Of a DNA stretch of 28,304 nt, positions 10,205-18,232 are shown piece by piece. Position 1 is the first letter of the stretch. Each line of letters opens with the position of its first letter. The translations under genes and the position numbers were made by a program. This DNA is from a virus (lineage: Duplodnaviria; Caudoviricetes): IMG/VR virus record IMGVR_UViG_3300008266_001072, positions 1 through 28,304 of that record; one strand, 5' to 3'. Below the pieces are notes generated by a model. The model searched no databases and was not told where the DNA came from. It saw only the letters and a list, made by a program, of their open reading frames with translations.

Positions 10205-10584
10205 GCAACGTCTTCGGTTCCCGGTCCCTCTCCCGCCTGAAAGGCGTTCACCCTGACCTGGTCAAGGTCGCCCACCTGGCCCTGTCCTACAGCCCCCTCG
10301 ACTTCATGATCACCGAGGGTCTGCGGACCCGCGCCCGGCAGCAGGAGCTGTTCAACGAAGGTGCGTCCAAGACCCTGAACAGCCGCCACATCACGGGCCA
10401 TGCGGTCGATGTCGCGGCCCTGGTCGGCGGCAAAGTGCGCTGGGACTGGCCCCTCTACCCGCGCATCGCGGAGGCTTTCAAGCGGGCGTCCAAGGAACTG
10501 AACGTGCCGATCATCTGGGGCGGCGACTGGAAGAGCCTGCGCGACGGTCCCCACTTCGAGCTGGACCGGAGGCGCTACCCATGA
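10201..10584 (+). CDS. Endolysin, peptidase M15 family (L-Ala-D-Glu peptidase type)
   Basis: SRLKGVHPDL, ITEGLRT..RQ, SRHITGHAVD, IIWGGDW, DGPHFEL: the canonical M15 zinc-peptidase motifs. Confidence 0.95.
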   Translation: MSNVFGSRSLSRLKGVHPDLVKVAHLALSYSPLDFMITEGLRTRARQQELFNEGASKTLNSRHITGHAVDVAALVGGKVRWDWPLYPRIAEAFKRASKELNVPIIWGGDWKSLRDGPHFELDRRRYP

Positions 10585-10892
10585 AGAACCCCTTCCCCCT
10601 CCGCACCTGGCTGATCCTGGCGGCCGTTGTCGTCGCCGTGCTGTCCCTGCTCTCGTGGCGCGGGGCATGCACCTCTGCGGACCAGGCCAAGGACCAAGCC
10701 ACCATCGCCGACGCGCGCACCGCGACGGCAAGCGAGACCTTTGAGATCACCGTCAACAACGCGGCGGCCGACGCCGCCACCCGGACCCAGGTACAGGAGG
10801 CCCAAGATGCGGTACGCCAAGCTGATCCTGCTGACCGCGAGCGCGTTGCTCGCTACCAGCTGTGCAAGCTCCAGGGTATCAGCGCCTGCTGA
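10581..10892 (+). CDS. Inner-membrane spanin (Rz-like)
   Basis: N-terminal TM followed by an Ala/Gln-rich helical periplasmic part with Cys near the C-terminus. Follows the endolysin and overlaps the lipoprotein gene. Confidence 0.75.
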   Translation: MKNPFPLRTWLILAAVVVAVLSLLSWRGACTSADQAKDQATIADARTATASETFEITVNNAAADAATRTQVQEAQDAVRQADPADRERVARYQLCKLQGISAC

Positions 10893-11130
10893 AGGCTGCT
10901 CGGTCTTCGGCGAGGCCATCTTGGGCAACGTCGTCGGCCACGCTACCCTCGCCGACAGCGGCGTGCCGCTGGACGACTGGCGCAACTACGCCCTCGACGA
11001 GACCGGCCGCCTCACGCAGTCGGAGCGCGACAAGAAGGACGGCCTCGCCGTCATCAAGCTGTGCGAGGCGCGAGACCAGCGTGCCTACCGTGCCGTCAAC
11101 GCCCCTTGGTATGCCTTCTGGGCCCGCTGA
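10807..11130 (+). CDS. Outer-membrane lipoprotein spanin (Rz1-like), 107 aa
   Basis: Start re-called at ATG 10807 with AGGAGG RBS. Signal peptide MRYAKLILLTASALLATS-C with a lipobox; overlaps the 3' end of the i-spanin in another frame. Confidence 0.8.
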   Translation: MRYAKLILLTASALLATSCASSRVSAPAEGCSVFGEAILGNVVGHATLADSGVPLDDWRNYALDETGRLTQSERDKKDGLAVIKLCEARDQRAYRAVNAPWYAFWAR

Positions 11131-11142
11131 AAGAACGAGACC

Positions 11143-11763
11143 ATGACCACCTTCGTCCCTCAGTCCCTGCTCGCCGAGGACTACCCGACCGCCGCTGAAG
11201 TCCTGGCGCTGGCCAACATCATCTGCCCCATCGGAACGGTGATCGACTACGCAGGCACCGCCGAACCGGCTGTCGTGCAGGGCGTGACGTGGGTCTTCCC
11301 TTACGGGCAAGCGGTCAGCCGCTCGACCTACGCCACGCTGTTTGCCCGCCTCGGGACCACTTACGGTTCGGGGGACAGCACGACGACCTTCAACCTGCCC
11401 GACTACCGGGGCCGACCAGGCGCTGGCCGGGACGACATGGGGGGCACCTCGGCCAACCGCCTGACCGCCGCGGTGTCGGGTATCGACGGTGACGTGCTCG
11501 GCGCTTCGGGCGGTGACGAGCGGCTGCACGCACACACGCACACGGTCACCGACCCGGGCCACACCCACCTAATCTCGCCGCCCTCGTCGAGCGACGTCAC
11601 CAGTTCGGGCTCGACCGCGACAGGTGCCGGCGGCGGTGAAACCGTCACGTCGTACAACAGCGGCTCGGCCACCACGGGTATCACCCTGGCCGACACGGGC
11701 GCAGGCGCGAGCCAGAACGTGCAGCCGACGATCATCGTGAACAAACTGATCCGGGTGCTCTAA
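11143..11763 (+). CDS. Phage tail collar domain protein
   Basis: PIGTVIDYAG..GQAVSRSTYATLFARLGTTYGSGD.TTFNLPDYRGR collar motif, HAHTH/HTH metal-binding repeats, C-terminal NVQPTIIVNKLIRV. Confidence 0.9.
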   Translation: MTTFVPQSLLAEDYPTAAEVLALANIICPIGTVIDYAGTAEPAVVQGVTWVFPYGQAVSRSTYATLFARLGTTYGSGDSTTTFNLPDYRGRPGAGRDDMGGTSANRLTAAVSGIDGDVLGASGGDERLHAHTHTVTDPGHTHLISPPSSSDVTSSGSTATGAGGGETVTSYNSGSATTGITLADTGAGASQNVQPTIIVNKLIRVL

Positions 11764-11766
11764 AGC

Positions 11767-11815
11767 AAAAAGCTCCGGCCGCTGGGAAGGACAAGTAACC
11801 AGCGGCCGGAGCTTT
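11767..11815. terminator. Intrinsic terminator between convergent late and replication arms
   Basis: Perfect 17-bp inverted repeat AAAGCTCCGGCCGCTGG (11769-11785) / CCAGCGGCCGGAGCTTT (11799-11815), with an A-tract on the left and a short T-tract on the right. Confidence 0.8.
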
Positions 11816-11909
11816 GGGCGTGACACGCGCTTGATCGCGCGCCACTCATCCCACGGCCCCGTCTCCCGGGAGGCTGTGAGGTCAGCGGCTAACCTAACAC
11901 AGATCGGTG

Positions 11910-12185
11910 CTAGATCAAACCCAAAGCTGACAGATAGAGATCGAGGATCGCCTCTTCCTCTTGGCGCTTGGCCTTGTCCATCTTGCTGATGCGAAGCACC
12001 TTGCGCAGGGTCTTCACGTCATAGCCCTCGCCCTTGGCCTCGGCGAAGACCTCCTTCATGTCGGCCATCACGGCGGCCTTGTCCTCGTCGAGACGCTCGA
12101 GGCGCTCAATGATGCCGCGCAGGCGGCCCTGCGCGTTGTCGTTCAGCACGTCGGGGCTGGCGTCGAAGTATGCGTCGTCGGTCAT
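11910..12185 (-). CDS. gapR: GapR-like nucleoid-associated protein (DUF2312), 91 aa
   Basis: Start re-called at ATG 12185 with GAGGA RBS. MTDDAYFDASPDVLNDNAQGRLRGIIERLERLDEDKAAVMADMKEVFAEAKGEGYDVKTLRKVLRISKMDKAKRQEEEAILDLYLSALG closely follows the Caulobacteraceae GapR pattern. Confidence 0.92.
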   Translation of the reverse strand: MTDDAYFDASPDVLNDNAQGRLRGIIERLERLDEDKAAVMADMKEVFAEAKGEGYDVKTLRKVLRISKMDKAKRQEEEAILDLYLSALGLI

Positions 12186-13597
12186 GTGTTCCTCTTCATG
12201 GCGTCGAGCATGATCTGCTGGACGCTCCTCTTGGTGTTGAGCCGCTCTAGTTTCAGTTCGTCCACAGTCCCCGCGGCGACAAGGTAGTGGACGAATACGC
12301 GCCGGTTCTTTCCGGCCTGCTGTTGGCGCATGGGGCCCACGCGCTCGATGATCTGGTCGTGCTCTTCGAGGTTCCAATCGAGCGAGAAGAACGCCAGCTC
12401 GTGGCTGTGCTCCTGCAGCCCGTCTACCCCGTGGCCCAGAGAGGCCGGGTGCGCAAACCAAACTCGGCCCTCGCCTGCCTTAGCGCGGCGCAAGCCAACT
12501 GGCGTCGACAGGTCGATGCCGTTGGGGAAGGTGCGCTGGAGCCGTTCGAGATCGTGCCGCCAGTTGTAGGCGACAAGCACGGGAGCACCGGCCGCTTCCT
12601 CGATGATGCTCCCCAGGGCCACCAGCTTGACGTCATGAACCTCATGCCACTTCCTTTCTTCCTCGTTGTCGTAAACCGCGCCCGACGCCAGCTGCCCGCA
12701 TTTGCCCGTGCGCGCCGCGGCGTTCGCCGCCTCGATGCCGACCGCCTTGATCTCGGTCCACATCTTGCGCTCCATCTCGCGGTACTGCGCCCGGGCCTTA
12801 GCTGGCAGCTCGACGTAAATCACGTTCTTGACGTGATCCTCCACGTCGACCTCGGTGGTCAGGCAGATGTCGCGGATCGCCGTCTCGATCTGCTCCTGCG
12901 CGAAGGGCAGCGGGTCGATGCTGAAGCCGTCGAACGACTTCTGGAACCACCGCTCCTTGAAGCTCTCGAACGTGCGGCCCAGACGCTGGCCAGCGTCGAG
13001 AAACCAGCCCTGGCCCCAGAGGTCTTGCAGCCCGTTCGGCGACGGCGTGCCCGTCAGGTTGATCCAGCGCGGCGTGCGGTGGGCGACGCGCCCTAGGGCC
13101 CTGGCCCTGGTCGAGCCGCCGCCCTGGTAATAGGTCTTGCCGGTGGTCGGGTGCGTGCGGAAGCCGCCACGGAAGCTCTTCAGCTTGGTGCTCTCGTCGG
13201 CGATCACCATGCCGAAGGGCCAGTCGCCGTCGAGCTTCTCGAGCAGCCACGGCAGGTTCTCGTAGTTGATCGTGGCCAGAGGCGAGCCGCCCCTTCGCAC
13301 ACGGCCGAGAGCTGCCAGCCGTTCGGCAGGCGTGCCGAGGATCGTGTCGACCTGCCACCCCGCGCAGAAGTCCCACTTCTTGACCTCGTCGGGCCAGGTG
13401 TGCTCGGCCACCCGCTTCGGCGCGATGACCAGCGCCGGTCGCGTGACCTCGCCGCAGAGGTGGAGCAGGTCGAGGGCGGCCAACGTGGCCGAGGTCTTGC
13501 CCGTGCCCATCCCCGCCCACTGACCGGCGCGCACGACCTCGCAGGCGTGGTCGATCATAGCCGGTTGCCAGGGCCTGGGGACGTACTCACGGGACAA
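12182..13597 (-). CDS. SNF2-family (SF2) helicase
   Basis: MGTGKT Walker A, LVIAP, INYE, VIADES, LTGTP, HPASLGHGVDGLQ, QIIERVG motifs, as in APSE-like phage helicases. Confidence 0.93.
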   Translation of the reverse strand: MSREYVPRPWQPAMIDHACEVVRAGQWAGMGTGKTSATLAALDLLHLCGEVTRPALVIAPKRVAEHTWPDEVKKWDFCAGWQVDTILGTPAERLAALGRVRRGGSPLATINYENLPWLLEKLDGDWPFGMVIADESTKLKSFRGGFRTHPTTGKTYYQGGGSTRARALGRVAHRTPRWINLTGTPSPNGLQDLWGQGWFLDAGQRLGRTFESFKERWFQKSFDGFSIDPLPFAQEQIETAIRDICLTTEVDVEDHVKNVIYVELPAKARAQYREMERKMWTEIKAVGIEAANAAARTGKCGQLASGAVYDNEEERKWHEVHDVKLVALGSIIEEAAGAPVLVAYNWRHDLERLQRTFPNGIDLSTPVGLRRAKAGEGRVWFAHPASLGHGVDGLQEHSHELAFFSLDWNLEEHDQIIERVGPMRQQQAGKNRRVFVHYLVAAGTVDELKLERLNTKRSVQQIMLDAMKRNT

Positions 13598-13841
13598 GGC
13601 GCAGGCCCCAAGGATCGGGGAACTGGTTATTCAGCACGCCTGGCTCACCTGCCCGGCGCAACGCGCCGATGACCGAGTTGCGGGTGCGGCCCAGTATCCC
13701 GGCGATGTACGCCGCGCTGCGACCGGCACGCCGGTGGCGTATGGCCCGGGCCAACTCTGCGGCGGTCCAGGTTTTGTGGGCGATGCTGCCGCCCGTCGGC
13801 TTCGGGGCGCGGCGCTCTCGGATTTGGTGGTAAGGGTTCAC
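13587..13841 (-). CDS. GcrA-like helix-turn-helix protein (N-terminal DNA-binding domain only), 84 aa
   Basis: WTAAELARAIRHRRAGRSAAYIAGILGRTRNSVIGALRR matches the GcrA N-terminal pattern WT..W..G.SASQIA..LG.VTRNAVIGKVHR. GTG start with GAGGAGAGG RBS. Confidence 0.75.
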   Translation of the reverse strand: MNPYHQIRERRAPKPTGGSIAHKTWTAAELARAIRHRRAGRSAAYIAGILGRTRNSVIGALRRAGEPGVLNNQFPDPWGLRLVP

Positions 13842-14149
13842 TGTGTCCTCTCCTCAATGTAATCGTCGACTGCCTCGATGCTGTCGAGGGTGAAGACCGC
13901 GCAGCCCAGGCTGCGCAGCTTGGCGTGCTCCCGCTCCTGATGCGGATCGGGCTTCTTGCCGGGGGCCTTCAGCTCGACGAAATGAACCTTCGCGGCGATG
14001 AGCGGAACGCCGTACTGCTGGGGGCCTTGAGGCCAGATCACCAACCGATCCGGCGCGCCGCGGTGCCCCGGCCAGACCATCTTCCTGACCAGCGCCCCGG
14101 CGGCTGTCGCCTTCTTGCGCAGGTGCATCTCGACTGTGCTCTCACGCAT
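13838..14149 (-). CDS. VRR-NUC domain nuclease (Holliday junction resolvase-like)
   Basis: Start re-called at ATG 14149 (TGATG overlap). MRESTVE..GAPDRLV..FVELKAPGKKP..Q PD-(D/E)XK motif. Confidence 0.92.
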   Translation of the reverse strand: MRESTVEMHLRKKATAAGALVRKMVWPGHRGAPDRLVIWPQGPQQYGVPLIAAKVHFVELKAPGKKPDPHQEREHAKLRSLGCAVFTLDSIEAVDDYIEERTQ

Positions 14150-14679
14150 CAGATGTGCTTCCATGTTCGCCGGGTGCGGATGCCCCAGACGTGCGCAGGG
14201 TGGACGTTGTAAAGCGTGGCCACCGTGATGTGGTCGAGTTTTAGGGCGCGAATGTTACGCACGTCGTTCTCGGTCAGCTTCGCCATGCCGTGGCGCGAAC
14301 CTCTCGGTCTGACGTCGTTCACGATGCTATCTGCCGCATTGTCCTTGTGCGTTCCGTAGCAGAGATTGGCCAGTCGGTTATCGCCCTTCCGGTCGTTCAA
14401 GTGGCGCGCGACCTGCCCGTCAGGTTTTGGGCCGACGAAGGTAGCGAGCACCAGATCGTGGATCGTATGCTGCTGGCGTTTGCCTTCTCCCGCCAAGGTG
14501 ACGACGTGGTAGCCGTTGCCCTTGACGGCTGGTTGGAGAATGCGCCCGCGCCGGATCGCCTCCCCGAGCCCGCCCTTCCCGGCAGCGACGTATCGGTCCT
14601 TCGAGCGCACTCGGCCACGGTCGCTGACCTCGTAATAGTCACCTTCCCAGCCTTCGATCTTGCGCCACTGTTCTCTCAT
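14149..14679 (-). CDS. NUMOD4-HNH homing endonuclease, free-standing
   Basis: EQWRKIEGWEG.YEVSDRGRVRS (NUMOD4), HDLVLATFVGP..RHLNDRKGDNRLANLCYGT..N (HNH), and a C-terminal AKLTENDVRNIR HTH-like tail. Confidence 0.93.
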   Translation of the reverse strand: MREQWRKIEGWEGDYYEVSDRGRVRSKDRYVAAGKGGLGEAIRRGRILQPAVKGNGYHVVTLAGEGKRQQHTIHDLVLATFVGPKPDGQVARHLNDRKGDNRLANLCYGTHKDNAADSIVNDVRPRGSRHGMAKLTENDVRNIRALKLDHITVATLYNVHPAHVWGIRTRRTWKHI

Positions 14680-16585
14680 TTTTGGTATCTAGCGCCTTCC
14701 CAACCAGCCGCTGCCAGAGGCAGGCCTTGTGCCCACGGGGGGACCGTGGTCATTATTGAGGAGAGACGATCAACCGTAAACTGGTCACTGTCAATAGGCT
14801 CCGTGACCAGCTCGTCGTGACAAGTTAAAATAATAGGGAACCCGGCCGCCTCGGCCTCGGCCATGTTGTGCGCCAGCACGTCGCGAGCCCCGCCCTGCGT
14901 GGCGTTCTCGATCAGCTTGCCGCCGTAGGTGTGCAGCCGCTCCCATTTCCGCAACGGCCAGAGGGGAGGCGCATGCGCAGCCAGCTGCCGTCGCGTTGGA
15001 AGACGAGCTTGCCACCGGCCGCCTCGACCCGCAGGCCCGGTTGCTCTGCGGCGCGGATCGCGGCGCGCTCGGTCTCGTACCACAGCTCGACGATGTGCTT
15101 GTTCTTCTTGCGCCAGGCCTTCACGATCTCGAGCGCCCGGGCGTCGGACATCTCCAGCCCGTAGATGCGGGCCATCGCCTGGAACGCGCCGACGGCACCT
15201 TGGTAACCGCAGGCCAGCTCGGGCACCTTGCCCTGCGCCTGGCGTTGGTCGGCCGTGACCTGGTCGATAGGTATGTTCAGCACCTCGGACGCGCCGACGT
15301 AGTAGAGGTCGGGGCCGGTGCCTGCGTCGTAGTCCCTGAACGCGCGGAGCTTCCACTCTTCGCCTGCCAGCCAGGCCAGGAACCGGCCTTCGATGTTGGC
15401 CAGGTCGGAGGACACCATCTTCTTGCCGGGCCCGACGGTCAGCGCGCCGCGCGTGCAGTTGGCGGCGGTGTTCATGACGTTGTCGTAGACCAGGTCCGCG
15501 CAGTCCGCGAGGAAGGCTTCGATGGCGTCGAGGATGGCCTGTTGCTTCAGCGTCGGGCGCATCAGGTTCTGGGGCTGGAAGAGGCGGCCAGCCCAGCGGC
15601 CGGTGCGCGCAGCGCCACAGAACTGCAGCGTGCCGCGCAGCCGCCCGTCGCTCGACGTCCCCCGCAGGAGCGTCTTGTACTTGGCGGTCGACGACACCGT
15701 GGCCATGAGCCTGATGCGGAGCAGGTGTTTAACCGGCTCTGGCAGGTTCTCGTCGGCCAGTCGCCGCTCGAGCGTGCCCTTCTGCATGTCGGGCAGGTCG
15801 ACGCCGAACTCGCCGAGCAGGTACTTCAGGAAGGCGTCGCGCTGGGTGGTGCTCTCGAGCCCCTGCCCCGTCTCCGGGTCGAAGCCGGTCAGCTCCTGGG
15901 TCTTCGCCTTCAGCCCCTTCTTGGCCAGGTCCGTGGCGCGCACGGCGGCCTCTGCCAGGGCCAGGTCGACGGCCACGCCCCTGTCGTTGATCTTCTGGTC
16001 GAGCACCCACAGGTCACGCTCGCGCTGGTTCCCGGGGTAGTTCCACTTGGGCAGGCGCTTGCGCACCTCGCGCATCGACAGGATGTCGGACCCCGCGTAG
16101 TCGAGGAACCGCTGCCACTCAACGGGGTGGGTCTCGCGCGTCGCGCGCCTGACCTTGGAACTCTGGGGCCTGGGTTTGCAGAAGAGCTGGACCAGCTGCT
16201 TGCCCGCCTTGTCCTTGGCAAGGTCGGTCGGCACGCCCAACACCGAGCACAGCTTGTCGAGGGAGCCGGGAAGGCCGTGGGCGAGGGCCTGGACCATCGT
16301 GTCCACGACCTTCTCGACCGGCATCTCGTAGCCCCATGCGTGGCGCAGGACGGTGCGGTCGAAGGCAGAGTTCTGCCAGACCTGCTCGTCGGCGGCGTCG
16401 GCGGCGGCCAGGGCCACCTTGACCTTGTCCTCCCAGCCGGGCCTGGTGCAGTCGATGACCTCGACTGGGCCTTCGTCAATAGCCCAGGCCAGGACCGTGA
16501 TCTCGACCTTCTCTGCGTAGCGGTGCAGGCCGTGGGCGAGGGGCGTTTCGCAGTAGGTTTCCGTATCGCCAAAAAAGGTGGTCAA
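14676..16585 (-). CDS. Family A DNA polymerase (APSE-type), interrupted by an apparent deletion/frameshift at about 14952
   Basis: TTG start at 16585 (TTGA overlap, GAGGGA RBS). The first frame has the Exo motifs DTETY, NSAFDR and YAGSD, then GAARTGRWAG, motif A DLANIEGR and motif B RQAQGKVPELACGY. RKWERLHTYGGKLIENATQ and motif C TCHDE lie in a different frame that ends at 14676. Confidence 0.9.
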
Positions 16586-17144
16586 CGGTTCTTCCCTCTG
16601 CGGCTGCGCAGCCGCGTCCAGGTCCAGCCGAAGGCTCCCTTGACCGTGCCGTCGGCCGCGTTCTTCACGGCGTTGCGCCACACGTCACGGCTCTCGCCGG
16701 TCATGCAACGCGCCGCCTCGGAGATGGTCATGAAGTAGAGCACGTCCTCACCACGGCGGCCTTCGACGTAGGCGCTGGCGGCGGGGATGTCGATGTAATA
16801 GCTGCGGGGCACCACGATGTCGGGGGTCTTGGACTGCGGGCCCCGGGGCTTCGGTTCGCTGTCGGGGCGATCCTCGGAGCCTTCGATCCGGTAGCGGTTG
16901 TCCTTCTGGGCCAGCGCCAGTCGCAGCGCCTCGGCGCGGGCCAGCCTGTCGGGGTGCGGATCGCCCGTGGCCTCGGGAGGGAGGGGCGTGCCCTGTCCGA
17001 GTGTCGGGAGCGGGGGGCGGGGTTGTGCGACGCGCGGTCGAACACCGGCACCTCGCCCTGGAAGGAGGGCTCCGTGCCCTGGCTGATTTCGTTGATGTGA
17101 CGCTCCTTGAAAAAGGAGCGCGGGGCAGAGGGTTTCTGTTGCAC
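16582..17144 (-). CDS. Hypothetical DNA-binding protein with NUMOD1/IENR1-like C-terminus, apparently frameshifted near 17012-17017
   Basis: GTG 17144 follows the AGAAGGACAAGAGAC leader. The GC3-rich frame reads to ..DRASHNPAP; the -1 frame then continues PLPTLGQGTPLPPEATGDPHPDRLARAEALRLAL..YFMTISEAAR..GAFGWTW to TGA 16582. A G6 run lies at the switch. Confidence 0.55.
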
Positions 17145-17200
17145 GTCTCTTGTCCTTCTAGCAGATCGGGGGTGGCCCGGGAGGACCACCCCTTCTCCTG

Positions 17201-17404
17201 TTAGACCCCGGCCTGGGACGGGTTGTCAAGCCGCTTGGCGAGGGCTTCGGCGTAGTTGGCGGCCAGTCCCACGACTTGGTGGAACGTGAGACGGCTGTTG
17301 ATCGTGTCGTTGGCGAGGATGCCCGCCAGCGCGTGGCCCGCGAGGTAGCCGACGTTGTCTCTGTGCTGGCGCTCCAGGCACTCTTCGGAGTGTTCGCTTT
17401 CCAT
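17201..17404 (-). CDS. Hypothetical phage protein, 67 aa
   Basis: TGATG coupling to the SSB stop. RD..AGHALAGILA..A.NYAEAL pattern typical of small phage proteins. Confidence 0.7.
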   Translation of the reverse strand: MESEHSEECLERQHRDNVGYLAGHALAGILANDTINSRLTFHQVVGLAANYAEALAKRLDNPSQAGV

Positions 17405-17970
17405 CAGGCGAGGTCTCCCGCGTCAACACCGTCGGCGATGTCGTCGAAGTCGTCGGCCGAGGCCGGTGCGCCGCCCGAGAAGGCGTCGCCGTCGCTGTGG
17501 AACTGCAGGCCCTTGAGCTGGGCACGGATGCCGCGGCCCCACTTGTTGTCCTGCGCCCAGAACTCGACCTGGATGATCGCCTTGCAGCCCGAGTAGGGGC
17601 GGCCGTCGGACTGAACCAGGGGGGTCTTGTCCCGGTCGATCAGCAGCGGGCGGGTCGACGACTTGGCCGTGACGTAGAACATGTCCTCGAAGCCGTCGTA
17701 GGCACCGCCGTCCTTGTTCTTGTAGGGCTCCTTGACGAAGCCGACCTCCGGCTTCTTGCCGGTCTTGACCAGGTTGTCGAAGACCTGTTGGGCCTTGGCC
17801 CCCCACTTCTCCTTGGCCACGGCCAGCATGGCCTCGTCGAGCTTCTTAACCGTGGCCTTGTCGGCCGGGTCGACGATGAACTTGCCGTTGAACGCCGGGT
17901 CGCCGCCGTCGATGGCCGTGGCCTCGAAGACGTTGATGAAGGCGCAGCGGGCGAGGAAGTTGACTTTCAT
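17404..17970 (-). CDS. ssDNA-binding protein (DUF2815, APSE/T7 gp2.5-like)
   Basis: MKVNFLARCAFINVFEA..YDGF..YSGC..GIRAQLKGLQF..DGDAFSGG..ADDFDD acidic tail. The frame stays open upstream to ATG 18132. Confidence 0.9.
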   Translation of the reverse strand: MKVNFLARCAFINVFEATAIDGGDPAFNGKFIVDPADKATVKKLDEAMLAVAKEKWGAKAQQVFDNLVKTGKKPEVGFVKEPYKNKDGGAYDGFEDMFYVTAKSSTRPLLIDRDKTPLVQSDGRPYSGCKAIIQVEFWAQDNKWGRGIRAQLKGLQFHSDGDAFSGGAPASADDFDDIADGVDAGDLA

Positions 17971-18132
17971 ATTCGTATCTCTCTTCAGCATTTCAGGATG
18001 GGATTTAGCGATGGTCTCGTAGGCACGATCTATAGCTATGCGCCGGATCAAAGACCCAGGCAAGCCGGTATTTGCCGCCTCTTTCAGAAGAGCCTCGGCC
18101 GCGGCGGGCAGCTTTCCAATCAGCCGAGACAT
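17971..18132 (-). CDS. 54-codon segment fused in frame upstream of SSB (small ORF or N-terminal extension)
   Basis: ATG 18132 follows the stop at 18137 directly, and there is no stop before ATG 17970. Codons are visibly more AT-rich than the SSB body. Confidence 0.5.
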
Positions 18133-18136
18133 GGGG

Positions 18137-18232
18137 TTAGCGCACCGGCCAGAGGGTGTCGACGATGTCGAGCATCAGCTTGTAGCAGCCGTAGAGGGCC
18201 AGTGCGGTGAGGACGAAGTCGAACCAGGTCAC
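18137..18232 (-). CDS. Small membrane peptide, 31 aa ([31 protein letters not shown])
   Basis: GTGA overlap with the DUF2800 stop, GAGGAG RBS, and it fills the gap in the operon. Confidence 0.6.
   Translation of the reverse strand: MTWFDFVLTALALYGCYKLMLDIVDTLWPVR

Noticed and set aside
6804-11909. Diversity-generating retroelement as in BPP-1
   Set aside because: No reverse transcriptase and no template/variable repeat pair seen near either tail gene.
11816-11909. Possible tRNA or structured ncRNA in the convergent gap
   Set aside because: Only short GC hairpins; no cloverleaf, T-loop or other recognisable RNA family motif.
14149-14960. Group I intron or intein explaining the polymerase break
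   Set aside because: Sequence is missing rather than inserted at the break, and the HNH gene lies after the pol stop codon.
14996-16738. 580-aa plus-strand ORF opposite the polymerase
   Set aside because: Antisense shadow of pol; no RBS or recognisable domain.
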